From assembly GCA_039184055.1 (NCBI GenBank), contig JBCDBH010000002.1, forward strand, positions 1 through 54,125: a stretch of DNA of 54,125 nt. Reading direction: 5' to 3'. The position numbers were made by a program, and so were the translations under genes. The DNA is from Acidobacteriota bacterium. Lineage in GTDB: Bacteria; Acidobacteriota; Thermoanaerobaculia; Multivoradales; J023. Below, piece after piece: positions 37,865 through 46,877 of this stretch. The first letter of the stretch is position 1. Every line of letters starts with the position of its first letter. A model generated the notes under the pieces. It saw only the letters and a list, made by a program, of their open reading frames with translations. It did no database searches and was not told the origin of the DNA.

Positions 37865-38790
37865 CTCTCTCCTCCAATGAGATGCAGATTCCGTAGCTCG
37901 TCGGTGGGCTCGTCGAATGAGCACGAGCCGTAGCCACGGGCAAAGTGGGTGCGAGCGGTGGCGAGCTGGTCAGCGTTGAGGTGGTATGTGGTGTCGAGGT
38001 TGGCATCTCGCCAGTGAAGGCCGGCATCGAATTCGACCTGTCGACCGTCGGATGTCTCGAGCATGTCGACCACCACCGGATGATCGGCGTCGATGACACC
38101 ACCGTGAACAAAGGCCGCGGCGGTGAAGAGACCGAGGAAGCTGTGCATGGTGCCCCGCGCACTATCGGCTTCGTAGGTGAGTGGATACTCACCCCGCAGC
38201 GCATGGTGCAGACCCGCGGTGGCTTTCCAGACGGCACCCGTGCTCTGCGCCGCGCTCAGAAAACGCACCAGCTCCGAGGTGCTCGGGAAGGCATCGGTGG
38301 TGATGCCTCCGGTGCGGATCTTGGCGGCGAGGCCGGGGCGTGATCGAGCATGGTCCGCGATCGTGCCGAGCAGCGTGGTCGGGTTGTCGTCGCCACGGTA
38401 GGGAATCTCGATGAAGACTTCCGTGGCGCGACGAAACCGGCTCGCGCGGTCGGCGATGTCGTCGCCGGTGCTCGCCTTGGTTTCGATCGCTTCGATGATG
38501 AGTCGAGGGTGGGTGAAGGCCTCGATGATTGCATCGGCGCTCGCGGCATCGTCACCGGTGAGCACCGAGAGCGGCCAGGGACGAGCGTCGTGTCCCGGTG
38601 GGACGGCTTCGAGCGCGGCGACCATCTCGTCGAGACGACCGGCCGGCACCACGAAACGTCCGAGCATCCACGCATCGTCGCTGTCACGGTGCGTGGCATA
38701 TGCGGCCACGGCGCGATCCATCGGAAGACGCGCCGGTGGAAAGAGACCGGCGTAGTCGATCAAGCCGGTAAAGAGAGCGGTTGCGGTCAT
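37861..38790 (-). CDS. Conserved hypothetical protein coupled to fahA
   Basis: GLIDYAGLFPPA, AKIRTGG, KATAGLHH, YGSCSFDEP look like conserved enzyme motifs; ATGA overlap with fahA. Confidence 0.75.
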   Translation of the reverse strand: MTATALFTGLIDYAGLFPPARLPMDRAVAAYATHRDSDDAWMLGRFVVPAGRLDEMVAALEAVPPGHDARPWPLSVLTGDDAASADAIIEAFTHPRLIIEAIETKASTGDDIADRASRFRRATEVFIEIPYRGDDNPTTLLGTIADHARSRPGLAAKIRTGGITTDAFPSTSELVRFLSAAQSTGAVWKATAGLHHALRGEYPLTYEADSARGTMHSFLGLFTAAAFVHGGVIDADHPVVVDMLETSDGRQVEFDAGLHWRDANLDTTYHLNADQLATARTHFARGYGSCSFDEPTDELRNLHLIGGER

Positions 38791-38805
38791 GGGACGGTGA
38801 GGTTA

Positions 38806-39489
38806 TCAGCGGGCGCTGCGTTCGGCCTCGTGGGTGAGAGCGTCGAGGGTGGTCTCGAGACGGATACGCATCGCTTCGAGCTCATCGTCGTCGAGACCAC
38901 GAGGCACGGTGACCGGTTCGCCCACCAGAACGACGACGCGCGCAAAGGGTTTGGGAACCAGAAGCTGATCCCAGGAACGCAGCTTCCAGGAACGTGAGAC
39001 GGCGATGCCCATGGGGAGGACCGGGCGTTCGGCCATCTGTGAGAGGACGGCGACGCCGATCTTGAAGACGTTCTTCGGGCCACGCGGGCCGTCGGGGGTC
39101 ATGACGGGCGACGAGCCGGCGCGGAGACGTCGGTAGATCTTTCGTAGCCCGCTTGTGCCGCCTCGTGAAGCCGACCCGCGCACGGTGGCGATGCCCCAGC
39201 CACGTGCCAAACGGTCCATCAGCTCACCGTCTCGCGACTGGCTCACCAGCAGGGTCAGATCGATCCCGCGTCGCATCAGCTCGTGGCGGAGCACCTGGGC
39301 GGCGAGGATCGAGCGGTCATGCCAGAAGCTGATGACCATGCCACCCTCCTCGAAGCCGGCGAAATGCTCGGCGCCCCGCGCCACATCGAGTCGACAGCTC
39401 CGACCGAGGGACCCGGTGAGGAGCCGGACGATCGGTGCGCCCATGGTGAGCAGGAGCCGGCCTCGCCGGCTGTTCGGATCGACTCGCAC
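38806..39489 (-). CDS. DUF374 / lysophospholipid acyltransferase family protein (LpxJ-like)
   Basis: ISFWH, LVSQSRDGE, VRGSASRGG, TPDGPRGP, SWDQLLVPKPF. Confidence 0.85.
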   Translation of the reverse strand: MRVDPNSRRGRLLLTMGAPIVRLLTGSLGRSCRLDVARGAEHFAGFEEGGMVISFWHDRSILAAQVLRHELMRRGIDLTLLVSQSRDGELMDRLARGWGIATVRGSASRGGTSGLRKIYRRLRAGSSPVMTPDGPRGPKNVFKIGVAVLSQMAERPVLPMGIAVSRSWKLRSWDQLLVPKPFARVVVLVGEPVTVPRGLDDDELEAMRIRLETTLDALTHEAERSAR

Positions 39490-39494
39490 GATGT

Positions 39495-39731
39495 CTAGAG
39501 GGCAGCCAGATAGGCGTCGATGTCGCCCACCGAGTCGAGCTTGGCGGCGTCGTCGTCGCTGATCTCGATATCGAGACGCTCTTCGAGCGTGACGAGCAGC
39601 TGGAGTGCTTTCGGTGAGTCGAAGCCGAGGTCGGCGACCAGATCCATCGACGGTTCGAGGTTGCTGGCTTCGTGGTCCGAGAGCTCGGCGATCACCGCGC
39701 GAGCCTGTCGTTGCATCTCGTTCTTATCCAT
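39495..39731 (-). CDS. Acyl carrier protein
   Basis: DLVADLGFDSPKALQLL...LEERLDIEISDDDA; 78 aa, acidic. Confidence 0.88.
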   Translation of the reverse strand: MDKNEMQRQARAVIAELSDHEASNLEPSMDLVADLGFDSPKALQLLVTLEERLDIEISDDDAAKLDSVGDIDAYLAAL

Positions 39732-39751
39732 CCCGATTTCCTGTGTCGATC

Positions 39752-41428
39752 CTAGATCAGACGGTCGAGCGCGCCGTCGAGATAGCGCTGGCGTAGCTCG
39801 CGTCGTTTGACTTTTCCGCTGGTGGTCTTGGGGATCCGGCCGCGACGCACGAACGCCACATCGGCCACGGTCAGCGAGAGCTCGCGTCCGATCCGTTTGC
39901 GGATCTCGTGATCGGCGTCGGCGAGCCGGTCGAGATCGGTGGCCACTTCGACCACCACCACGGCCTGCTCGCCTTGGCCACCGCCGTCGATCGTAAACGC
40001 ACCGCTGCGCAGTGCGCCACCGCCACCGACGACACTTTCGGCCAGCCACTCGAGCTCGTGTGGCATGACGTTGTGGCCTCGGATGATCAGCAGATCTTTG
40101 AGTCTACCCGTGAGATAGAGCTCTCCGTCGTGGAGAAAACCGAGGTCGCCGGTGTGCAGCCAGCCATCTCGGAGAGATTCCGCGGTGGCTTCGGGGTCGT
40201 TCCAATAGCCGGCGAACACGCTCGGGCCCGAGACACAGACCTCGCCGACCGCGCCATCCGGGCACACGCCACCATCCGGTTTGCGGATTTCGATTCGGGT
40301 ATCGGCGATCGGCTCGCCCACCGACACGACGTCCTCACCGCTCGGCGAGGGTCGCCACCGCGCGCCTCGGCCCTGGATATCGAAGGTCACCGCGAGGGTG
40401 CCTTCGGCGAGACCGTAGCAAGGGCGGAAGGCCTCGGGGCGAAAACCGGCGCCGGCGAAGCGGTGTTGAAACGCCTCGATGGTCTCGGGGCGGATCATCT
40501 CGGCACCGGTCATCGCGTTGTCCCAGCCGGCAAGGTCGAGGTCGGCGAGAACAGGGTCGTCGGTTGCGAGTCGCTCGACGCAGAGCTGGTAGCCGAAGTT
40601 GGGCGCGGGCGAGAAGACCCTTCCGTTGCGGCCGAGCTCACGGAGCCAGGTTTGAGGTCGCGCGAGAAAAGCCGTCGGAGGCAACAAAACGAGCTCGAGC
40701 CCACCCATCAGCGCCATGAACAAACACCCCACGAGGCCCATGTCGTGGTTGAGCGGGAGCCAGGCGACCACCGAGTCGGCGGTGTCGAAGACCGAGCCAC
40801 CACGAGGCGCGCCGATCGCACCCGCGCTCGCGTTGTTGTTGTGAATCACCGTGCGGTGGGGAATCATCACCGCCCTCGGGTGACCCGTCGAACCGCTGGT
40901 CAACTGCAGAAAGGCGATGTCGTCGGGATGCGGGGTGGCGGCCTCGACGGACGCGGCCGGCGTCTCGGCGAAGGGCGCGGCGGCCCGCGCGCGCGCGGCG
41001 GCGGTACGGAGAGACTCGGCGATCTCGGGATGGTCGTTGGCCAGGGTCTCGGCCTCGGTCGCGAAGCGGGGCGAGGTGAGCACGGTCGTGGGACCCAGCC
41101 GCTGAACCAAGCCGGCAAGACGCTTGATATGCGCTTCGCCGCCGCCGACCGCGCCTCCAGGGGCGAGCGCCACCGGCAAGGCTCCCAGCCACACGGCGCC
41201 GAGCCACGCTTCGAGCAGAGGCCACGAGGTGTTGAGGGCGACGATCACGCGATCACCGGGTCGGATACCGAGTGCCGCCCAGCGTCCCGCGGCGGTACGC
41301 ACCGTATCGAGCAGCTCGGCGTAGGTACGTCGCTCGCCTCGCCGGCCGCGACCATCGAACACCGTGATGCCACGATCGGGGTGATCGAGCGCGACACGGG
41401 TCAGCACGTTTGGCAGGGTCGTGCTCAT
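39752..41428 (-). CDS. Fatty acyl-AMP ligase (FAAL)
   Basis: FLQLTSGSTGHPR, AWLPLNHDMGLVG, APNFGY, CYGLAE, HTGDLG, IPKTTSGK. Confidence 0.9.
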   Translation of the reverse strand: MSTTLPNVLTRVALDHPDRGITVFDGRGRRGERRTYAELLDTVRTAAGRWAALGIRPGDRVIVALNTSWPLLEAWLGAVWLGALPVALAPGGAVGGGEAHIKRLAGLVQRLGPTTVLTSPRFATEAETLANDHPEIAESLRTAAARARAAAPFAETPAASVEAATPHPDDIAFLQLTSGSTGHPRAVMIPHRTVIHNNNASAGAIGAPRGGSVFDTADSVVAWLPLNHDMGLVGCLFMALMGGLELVLLPPTAFLARPQTWLRELGRNGRVFSPAPNFGYQLCVERLATDDPVLADLDLAGWDNAMTGAEMIRPETIEAFQHRFAGAGFRPEAFRPCYGLAEGTLAVTFDIQGRGARWRPSPSGEDVVSVGEPIADTRIEIRKPDGGVCPDGAVGEVCVSGPSVFAGYWNDPEATAESLRDGWLHTGDLGFLHDGELYLTGRLKDLLIIRGHNVMPHELEWLAESVVGGGGALRSGAFTIDGGGQGEQAVVVVEVATDLDRLADADHEIRKRIGRELSLTVADVAFVRRGRIPKTTSGKVKRRELRQRYLDGALDRLI

Positions 41429-41431
41429 CGC

Positions 41432-42271
41432 TCAGGCACCGATCGTCTCGGCTTCCGCCAGCTTGCTCGCCGCTTCGCGTCCCGCGGCGACCCGCTCGCC
41501 AGCGCGAATCGACTTGTCGAGTCGCCAGGTGGCTTCGTTTTCGAGGTCATGAAGCAAACGATCACTCTCCATACCGACGTCGGCCATTTCCGTGGCGAGG
41601 GCGTCGAACATGGGTTTGACCTTGGCGAGCACACCTCGTAGGCGGCCGTGGAGGGCGGTTCCATATTCCTCGCCGGCGAGGGAATCCGTGCCGAAAAGCT
41701 CGCTGAACGTGTCTTCTAAGTAGATGTGGTTGAAGCCTAGATGGCGCGCCTCGTCGAGCAGGATGCCGTCGGCGATCTCGGAGAGGGTCGCATCGAGATC
41801 GAGACGTCTGAACTCCTCGAGCACCAGCTTGGCCAACACTTCGGATACGAGAACGCCGGCGAGCCACTCCGCTGGCTCCTTCGAAGCGATACCGCTTTGA
41901 AAAAGGTAGCCGGCTGGGAAGCGACGAATCGACATCGGCTCGCGGTCGATGCGGCCATAGAAAAGGGTGAAGAGCTCGGTGTGACGTGCTTCATCGACCG
42001 CCCAGGTCGTCAGGTAGAGCTGGCTTTCCACTTCGGCTCGTTGTCCGAGCAGCGGAATTAGGGAAGAGACCGAGTAAAGCGCCGCCTGCTCGCCCATCAA
42101 GATCGGCGTCAGGACCCGCGCCAGCTGGTCTTTGAGGTGACGTTTGGTGAGGCGAGTCTGGGGCGCTTCCCAATTGAGATCGATCGCCGACCATTGAGAG
42201 CGTAGCGCCTTGTGCCAGATTTTCATGTGGCGCTTTTTCGATAGGTCGGGAAGAACTTTGTAGATACGCAT
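41432..42271 (-). CDS. Ferritin-like diiron enzyme (AurF/acyl-ACP desaturase-like)
   Basis: Ligand pattern GEQAA...DEARH...SEVLA...DEARH (E, ExxH, E, ExxH); QWSAIDLNW N-terminal motif. Confidence 0.75.
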   Translation of the reverse strand: MRIYKVLPDLSKKRHMKIWHKALRSQWSAIDLNWEAPQTRLTKRHLKDQLARVLTPILMGEQAALYSVSSLIPLLGQRAEVESQLYLTTWAVDEARHTELFTLFYGRIDREPMSIRRFPAGYLFQSGIASKEPAEWLAGVLVSEVLAKLVLEEFRRLDLDATLSEIADGILLDEARHLGFNHIYLEDTFSELFGTDSLAGEEYGTALHGRLRGVLAKVKPMFDALATEMADVGMESDRLLHDLENEATWRLDKSIRAGERVAAGREAASKLAEAETIGA

Positions 42272-42425
42272 CCAAGCTCCTGAACGTCTCAAAGAAGACC
42301 GGCCTCGGTAAGAAGTCGAGGCGATTCGCGGTCCGACGTCACTCGGAACGAGAAGTCTACCGATTCCAGGGGGTGGGTGCTATAACACGTCCACCGCTGT
42401 TCGAGAGGGTGAGGATCAGGTCGCA

Positions 42426-45400
42426 ATGGGTTTGTTGGACTCGTACGTCTTTAAAGGCAATGAACGTTTCGAGGTGCAAGGCCACCTCGGTAGCGGTACC
42501 TCGGGCGATGTGTTCCGAGTCTTCGATCGCAAACGGCAGGCGGTTGTGGCGCTCAAGACGCTGCACAAGAGCGATCCGTCGGCGGTCATGCGATTCAAGA
42601 CCGAGTTTCGCGCCCTGACCGACGTCAACCATCCCAACCTGGTCCAGCTCTACGAGTTGCTCGCTGACGGTGATCGCTGGTACTTCACGATGGAGCTGGT
42701 CGAAGGGCTCGACTTCATCGACTATGTGCGTGCTCAACCGGCGGTCGGCGCCTACGAAACCGCGCGCTTTTATTCGATCCCCACACCCGTTGGCCCACCC
42801 GAGCCGGCGCGGCTTCGCATGGCGTTGCGACAATTGGCCGAGGGGCTCTTCGCGCTACACCGGGCGGGCAAGCTCCACTGCGACATCAAGCCATCGAATA
42901 TTCGCGTCACGCCCGATGGCCGTGTCGTGCTGCTCGACTTCGGGTTGGTCAAGGAGCTCTATGCCGGCCCCGCGGTGTACGAGACGATGGAAGGCGACAT
43001 CACCGGTACGCCCGCCTACATGTCACCCGAGCAGGCGGCGGGGCGGGAGATGACCGAGGCGAGCGACTGGTACAGCGTCGGTGTCGTGCTCTATGAAGCG
43101 CTGACCGGTCGCATTCCGTTCCGCGGTGGGTTCTTGCGGATTCTCACCGACAAACAGCGGAGCGATCCCGAGCCTCCGACGGCGGTCGCCAAGGAGGTAC
43201 CGGGCGATCTGTCCGAGCTCACCATGAGGCTGATGGCGCGGTCGGTCGACGAGCGTCTCACCGGGGTCAAGGCCTTGCGTGGTCTCGGTGCCGAGCCACC
43301 GGCTCCGTTCGACCGCATGGCCACGTCCACCCACTCGAGCAGCACCAGCGCGCCGTTCGTCGGGCGTCACCAGCAGCTCAACGTTCTGCTCGATGCGTTC
43401 GAATCAACCCGTACGGGTCGCACCGCGGTGGTCTTCGTTCACGGCAGCTCGGGTATGGGCAAGAGTGCCCTGGTGCGTCATTTCGTTCGCCAATTGAGTC
43501 AAGCGCACGACGAAGCCGTGCTGCTCACCGGTCGCTGTTACGAACGTGAGTCGGTGCCGTACAAGGCGCTCGATGCCTTGATCGATGCCCTGACGCGCTA
43601 TTTGCGCAAGCTCGAGGAGCGACAGGTCGAAGTGCTCCTGCCGACCAACGTCTTGGCGTTGGCGCGGCTCTTTCCATCTCTGCGGCGCGTTCCGGCCGTA
43701 TCAGGTTCCGAACGTCGTGTGCTCGAGATTCCCGATTCGCGCGAGCAGCGACGTCGGGCGTTTGGCGCTTTGCGTGAGCTGCTCGGTCGGCTCGCCGCGC
43801 GTGTGCCGCTGATCCTGTGGATCGATGATCTGCAATGGGGTGATCGTGACAGTGCCGCCTTGCTATCCGAGCTGTTGCGGCCACCCGATGCACCACCGCT
43901 TTTGCTCATCACCTGTTATCGCGCCGAGGAACGCGAGACGAGTCCGTTGCTCGCCAGCCTGCTCGCCGAGCGCTTCGACGATGGCGGGGCGAGCACCCTG
44001 GTGCGTGAGGTCGATCTACAAGAGTTGACGCCACCCGAGGCCGAACACCTCGCGCTCGCCCTGCTCGGCGAGGAGTCTCCAGTGGGGCGCTCGTTGGCCA
44101 AGGCCATCGGCGCCGAATCGGGTGGCAGTCCGTTCTTTATCGACGAGCTCGTGCGTTGGGCCAAGGCTGAAGCCGGATTGGACCAGGCCGGGGAGCGCAC
44201 CCTGTCGGCCGAGGTCGAGCGCGCGGTCCGGCAGCGGATGACCCTCGACAATCTCATTCAAGGTCGACTCGATCGTCTACCGTCCGAAGCACGGCGTTTG
44301 CTCACCGCGGTGGCCGTGGCGGGTCGCCCGGTCGACCTCGAAGCGGTGCGCAGTGCCGCCGAGCTCGGCAGCGAGGTCCAGGCGGCGATCGCCGCGTTGC
44401 GCGGCGCGAGCCTGGTGCGGATGCGCAGTCTTCGTGATCGCGAAGAAATCGAGCCGTACCACGATCGAATCCGCGAAACCGTGGTGCGAGGTCTCGAAGC
44501 TGAGGCGCTCGCGCACGTGCATCGTCGTTTGGCGCGTGCCCTCGAAGCCACCCGTCATGCCGATCCTGAAACCCTCGCCACCCATTATCTGGCCGCTGGG
44601 GAGCGGCAGCGGGCCGCCGAGCTGGCGGTGACCGCTGGCGACCAAGCCGCCGAGGCTCTGGCGTTCGACCGCGCGGCTCGGCTGTATCGGATCGCTCTCG
44701 ATCTCGAAGCTCACGAGCGGGACGCCCGCCGCGAGATCGAGGTCAAGCTCGGCAATGCTCTGGTCAACGCCGGTCGGGGTGCCGAGGCGGCACCGGTCTA
44801 CCTCGCCGCCGCCGAAGGCGCGCGAGCTGGCGACGCGCTCGAATGGCGTCGTCGCGCCGCCGAGCAATGGTTGATCAGTGGTCATATCGACGGCGGCATC
44901 GAGACCGTCAACACCGTTCTCTCCTTGGTCGGTATGGAGCTTCCGCCGACGCCACGGCGCACCATCTTCGCGCTCGCTGGCTTGCTCATCCGTCTCAAGT
45001 TGCGGGGGATCGATTTCGAAGAACGCGACGCCACCCAAATCGCCGCCGAGGAGCTGATCCGGATCGACACCTGCTGGTCGGTCGCGATCGGTCTCGGTTT
45101 GGTGGACACCATTCGTGGCATGGTGTTCGGCAAACGAAATCTGCTCTTGGCGCTCGAAGCCGGTGAACCGTACCGCGTGGCCCGTGCCCTCGCGATCGAG
45201 GCCGCCTATACCTCGACGGGTGGCACCAAGACCGCTGGACGTACCGAGCAGCTGGTGCGGGCATCGATGGCGCTCGCCGAGAGAGTCGGTCACCCACACG
45301 CGCTCGGTCTCGCCAACATGACCGCCGGTATGGCGGCCTATCTCGGCGGTCAGTGGAAAAAGGCGTGCGAGCTTCTCGAACGCGCCGAAGCGATCCTGCG

Positions 45401-46277
45401 TGAACGCTGCACCGGCGTCACCTGGGAGATCGACACTGCGATGTCCTTCCAGATGCGCTCGCTTCTGTTGATCGGTGACCTCGCCGAGATCAAGAAACGT
45501 CTGCCGCGCTTTCTCAAGGACGTCGCCGACAAAGGTGATCTCTACGCCGAAACCAATCTGCGTAGCCGGGCGTCATGGATGGCCATGTTGATCGAAGACC
45601 ATCACGAAGACGCCTTGGCCGAGGTCAGCGCGGCCCTCGAAGGCTGGTCCCAAGAGGGCTTTCATCTTCAACACTATTGGCGCATGACGGGAATCATCGA
45701 GATCGCGCTTTATCGAGGTGATGCGGTCGCCGCCTGGGCGCAGATCGAAGAAGACTGGCCGAAGATGGAGCGCTCGCTTTTCCTGCGGATTCAATTCACC
45801 CGTCACGAAGCCTACTTCCTTCGCGGTCGCGCCGCCCTCGCGGCGGCGGTCATCGCTGATGACGCCAAAGAGCGTGATGAGCGTTTGTCCGTGGTCGACG
45901 AAGAAATCAAACGACTGAAAAAAGAAAAGCTCTTTTGGGCCGAGCCGCTCGCTCTTTTGCTTACCGCCGGCGCGCTCACAGTGCGAGGCAAAGATGGCGC
46001 CACGGCTGTGCTCGCCGATGCCGCATCAGGCCTGGCCGCGGCCGACATGGAGCTCTACGCGACCGTCGCTCGTCGGCGTCGAGGACAGCTCCTCGGTGAT
46101 GGTCAGGGGCACCGATTGATACGTGAGTCGGACGAGTGGATGGTGAACCATGGCGTCGTCGTGCCCGAGCGGATGGCCGATGTCGTCGCGCCTGGAGTGT
46201 GGAGTAGCCCGGATGGCTCACCAGCCCGCCGTGACGACGGACCGCGGCTGCAGCGTGGAAACGCACGCAATCTCTAG
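42426..46277 (+). CDS. Hanks Ser/Thr kinase fused to P-loop NTPase (STAND-like) and helical repeats
   Basis: LGSGTSG, VALK, HCDIKPSN, DFGL, GTPAYMSPEQ; Walker A GSSGMGKS; Walker B WIDDLQW; GGSPFF; HDRIRE. Confidence 0.9.
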   Translation: MGLLDSYVFKGNERFEVQGHLGSGTSGDVFRVFDRKRQAVVALKTLHKSDPSAVMRFKTEFRALTDVNHPNLVQLYELLADGDRWYFTMELVEGLDFIDYVRAQPAVGAYETARFYSIPTPVGPPEPARLRMALRQLAEGLFALHRAGKLHCDIKPSNIRVTPDGRVVLLDFGLVKELYAGPAVYETMEGDITGTPAYMSPEQAAGREMTEASDWYSVGVVLYEALTGRIPFRGGFLRILTDKQRSDPEPPTAVAKEVPGDLSELTMRLMARSVDERLTGVKALRGLGAEPPAPFDRMATSTHSSSTSAPFVGRHQQLNVLLDAFESTRTGRTAVVFVHGSSGMGKSALVRHFVRQLSQAHDEAVLLTGRCYERESVPYKALDALIDALTRYLRKLEERQVEVLLPTNVLALARLFPSLRRVPAVSGSERRVLEIPDSREQRRRAFGALRELLGRLAARVPLILWIDDLQWGDRDSAALLSELLRPPDAPPLLLITCYRAEERETSPLLASLLAERFDDGGASTLVREVDLQELTPPEAEHLALALLGEESPVGRSLAKAIGAESGGSPFFIDELVRWAKAEAGLDQAGERTLSAEVERAVRQRMTLDNLIQGRLDRLPSEARRLLTAVAVAGRPVDLEAVRSAAELGSEVQAAIAALRGASLVRMRSLRDREEIEPYHDRIRETVVRGLEAEALAHVHRRLARALEATRHADPETLATHYLAAGERQRAAELAVTAGDQAAEALAFDRAARLYRIALDLEAHERDARREIEVKLGNALVNAGRGAEAAPVYLAAAEGARAGDALEWRRRAAEQWLISGHIDGGIETVNTVLSLVGMELPPTPRRTIFALAGLLIRLKLRGIDFEERDATQIAAEELIRIDTCWSVAIGLGLVDTIRGMVFGKRNLLLALEAGEPYRVARALAIEAAYTSTGGTKTAGRTEQLVRASMALAERVGHPHALGLANMTAGMAAYLGGQWKKACELLERAEAILRERCTGVTWEIDTAMSFQMRSLLLIGDLAEIKKRLPRFLKDVADKGDLYAETNLRSRASWMAMLIEDHHEDALAEVSAALEGWSQEGFHLQHYWRMTGIIEIALYRGDAVAAWAQIEEDWPKMERSLFLRIQFTRHEAYFLRGRAALAAAVIADDAKERDERLSVVDEEIKRLKKEKLFWAEPLALLLTAGALTVRGKDGATAVLADAASGLAAADMELYATVARRRRGQLLGDGQGHRLIRESDEWMVNHGVVVPERMADVVAPGVWSSPDGSPARRDDGPRLQRGNARNL

Positions 46278-46413
46278 GCGTGCTCGCTCTTCGCTCCCTC
46301 GACGTACCTTTGGGTATGCCTCCGGTCGCTCATCCCTGCGCTGCTCAGATCTCACGCACGTTTCCACGTCGTAGCGACGAACCGTTCGCTACAGCGGTTG
46401 GTGAGCCATCCGG
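46209..46413. repeat. Palindromic REP/MITE-like element, long copy
   Basis: ccggatggctcacca / tggtgagccatccgg perfect 15-bp inverted ends; inner gtggaaacg / cgtttccac pairing; similar to 6711-6854. Confidence 0.72.
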
Positions 46414-46415
46414 CT

Positions 46416-46877
46416 CTATCGACTGAGCAGCCGCTCGATCTGGCGTCGGTGGCGGAGCACGTGCACGATCATGTGCTCGAACATCTGTTCGAGGTCGTAG
46501 CGTTGGCCCCACATGGCGTCGATTTCGACCGTCGTCAGATCGTCATCGGTCATCGACCAACGGTCGTCGAACGTCTCAGCGGTATAGCGCAGCATGACTC
46601 GCATGTGTGTCGCGAGCTCGGTTCGTGAGATCGAGGGGACCTCGACCCGTGAGCCCTCGATCGCCAGCGCGATGCGTATGTGGTTGACGTGCGCGTAACC
46701 GGCCTGGACGACGTGGCGGACGATCGCTTGGATCGATCGAAGCTCGTCATCGACAGGGTTGAGCACGGCGAGAAAGCGGGTGTCGTCGAGCGTATCGACC
46801 ATCCCCGTCAGCTCGTGGCATGCGCGCTCGTACTCGTCCATCAACGCGCCGAGCACACCGGGTCGGCAGCTCGCCAT
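46416..46877 (-). CDS. DinB family protein
   Basis: SIQAIVRHV and C-terminal HMIVHVLRHRRQI His pattern. Confidence 0.8.
   Translation of the reverse strand: MASCRPGVLGALMDEYERACHELTGMVDTLDDTRFLAVLNPVDDELRSIQAIVRHVVQAGYAHVNHIRIALAIEGSRVEVPSISRTELATHMRVMLRYTAETFDDRWSMTDDDLTTVEIDAMWGQRYDLEQMFEHMIVHVLRHRRQIERLLSR

Noticed and set aside
39908-41641. 577-aa plus-strand ORF
   Set aside because: Antisense shadow of the FAAL gene; no recognisable domain.
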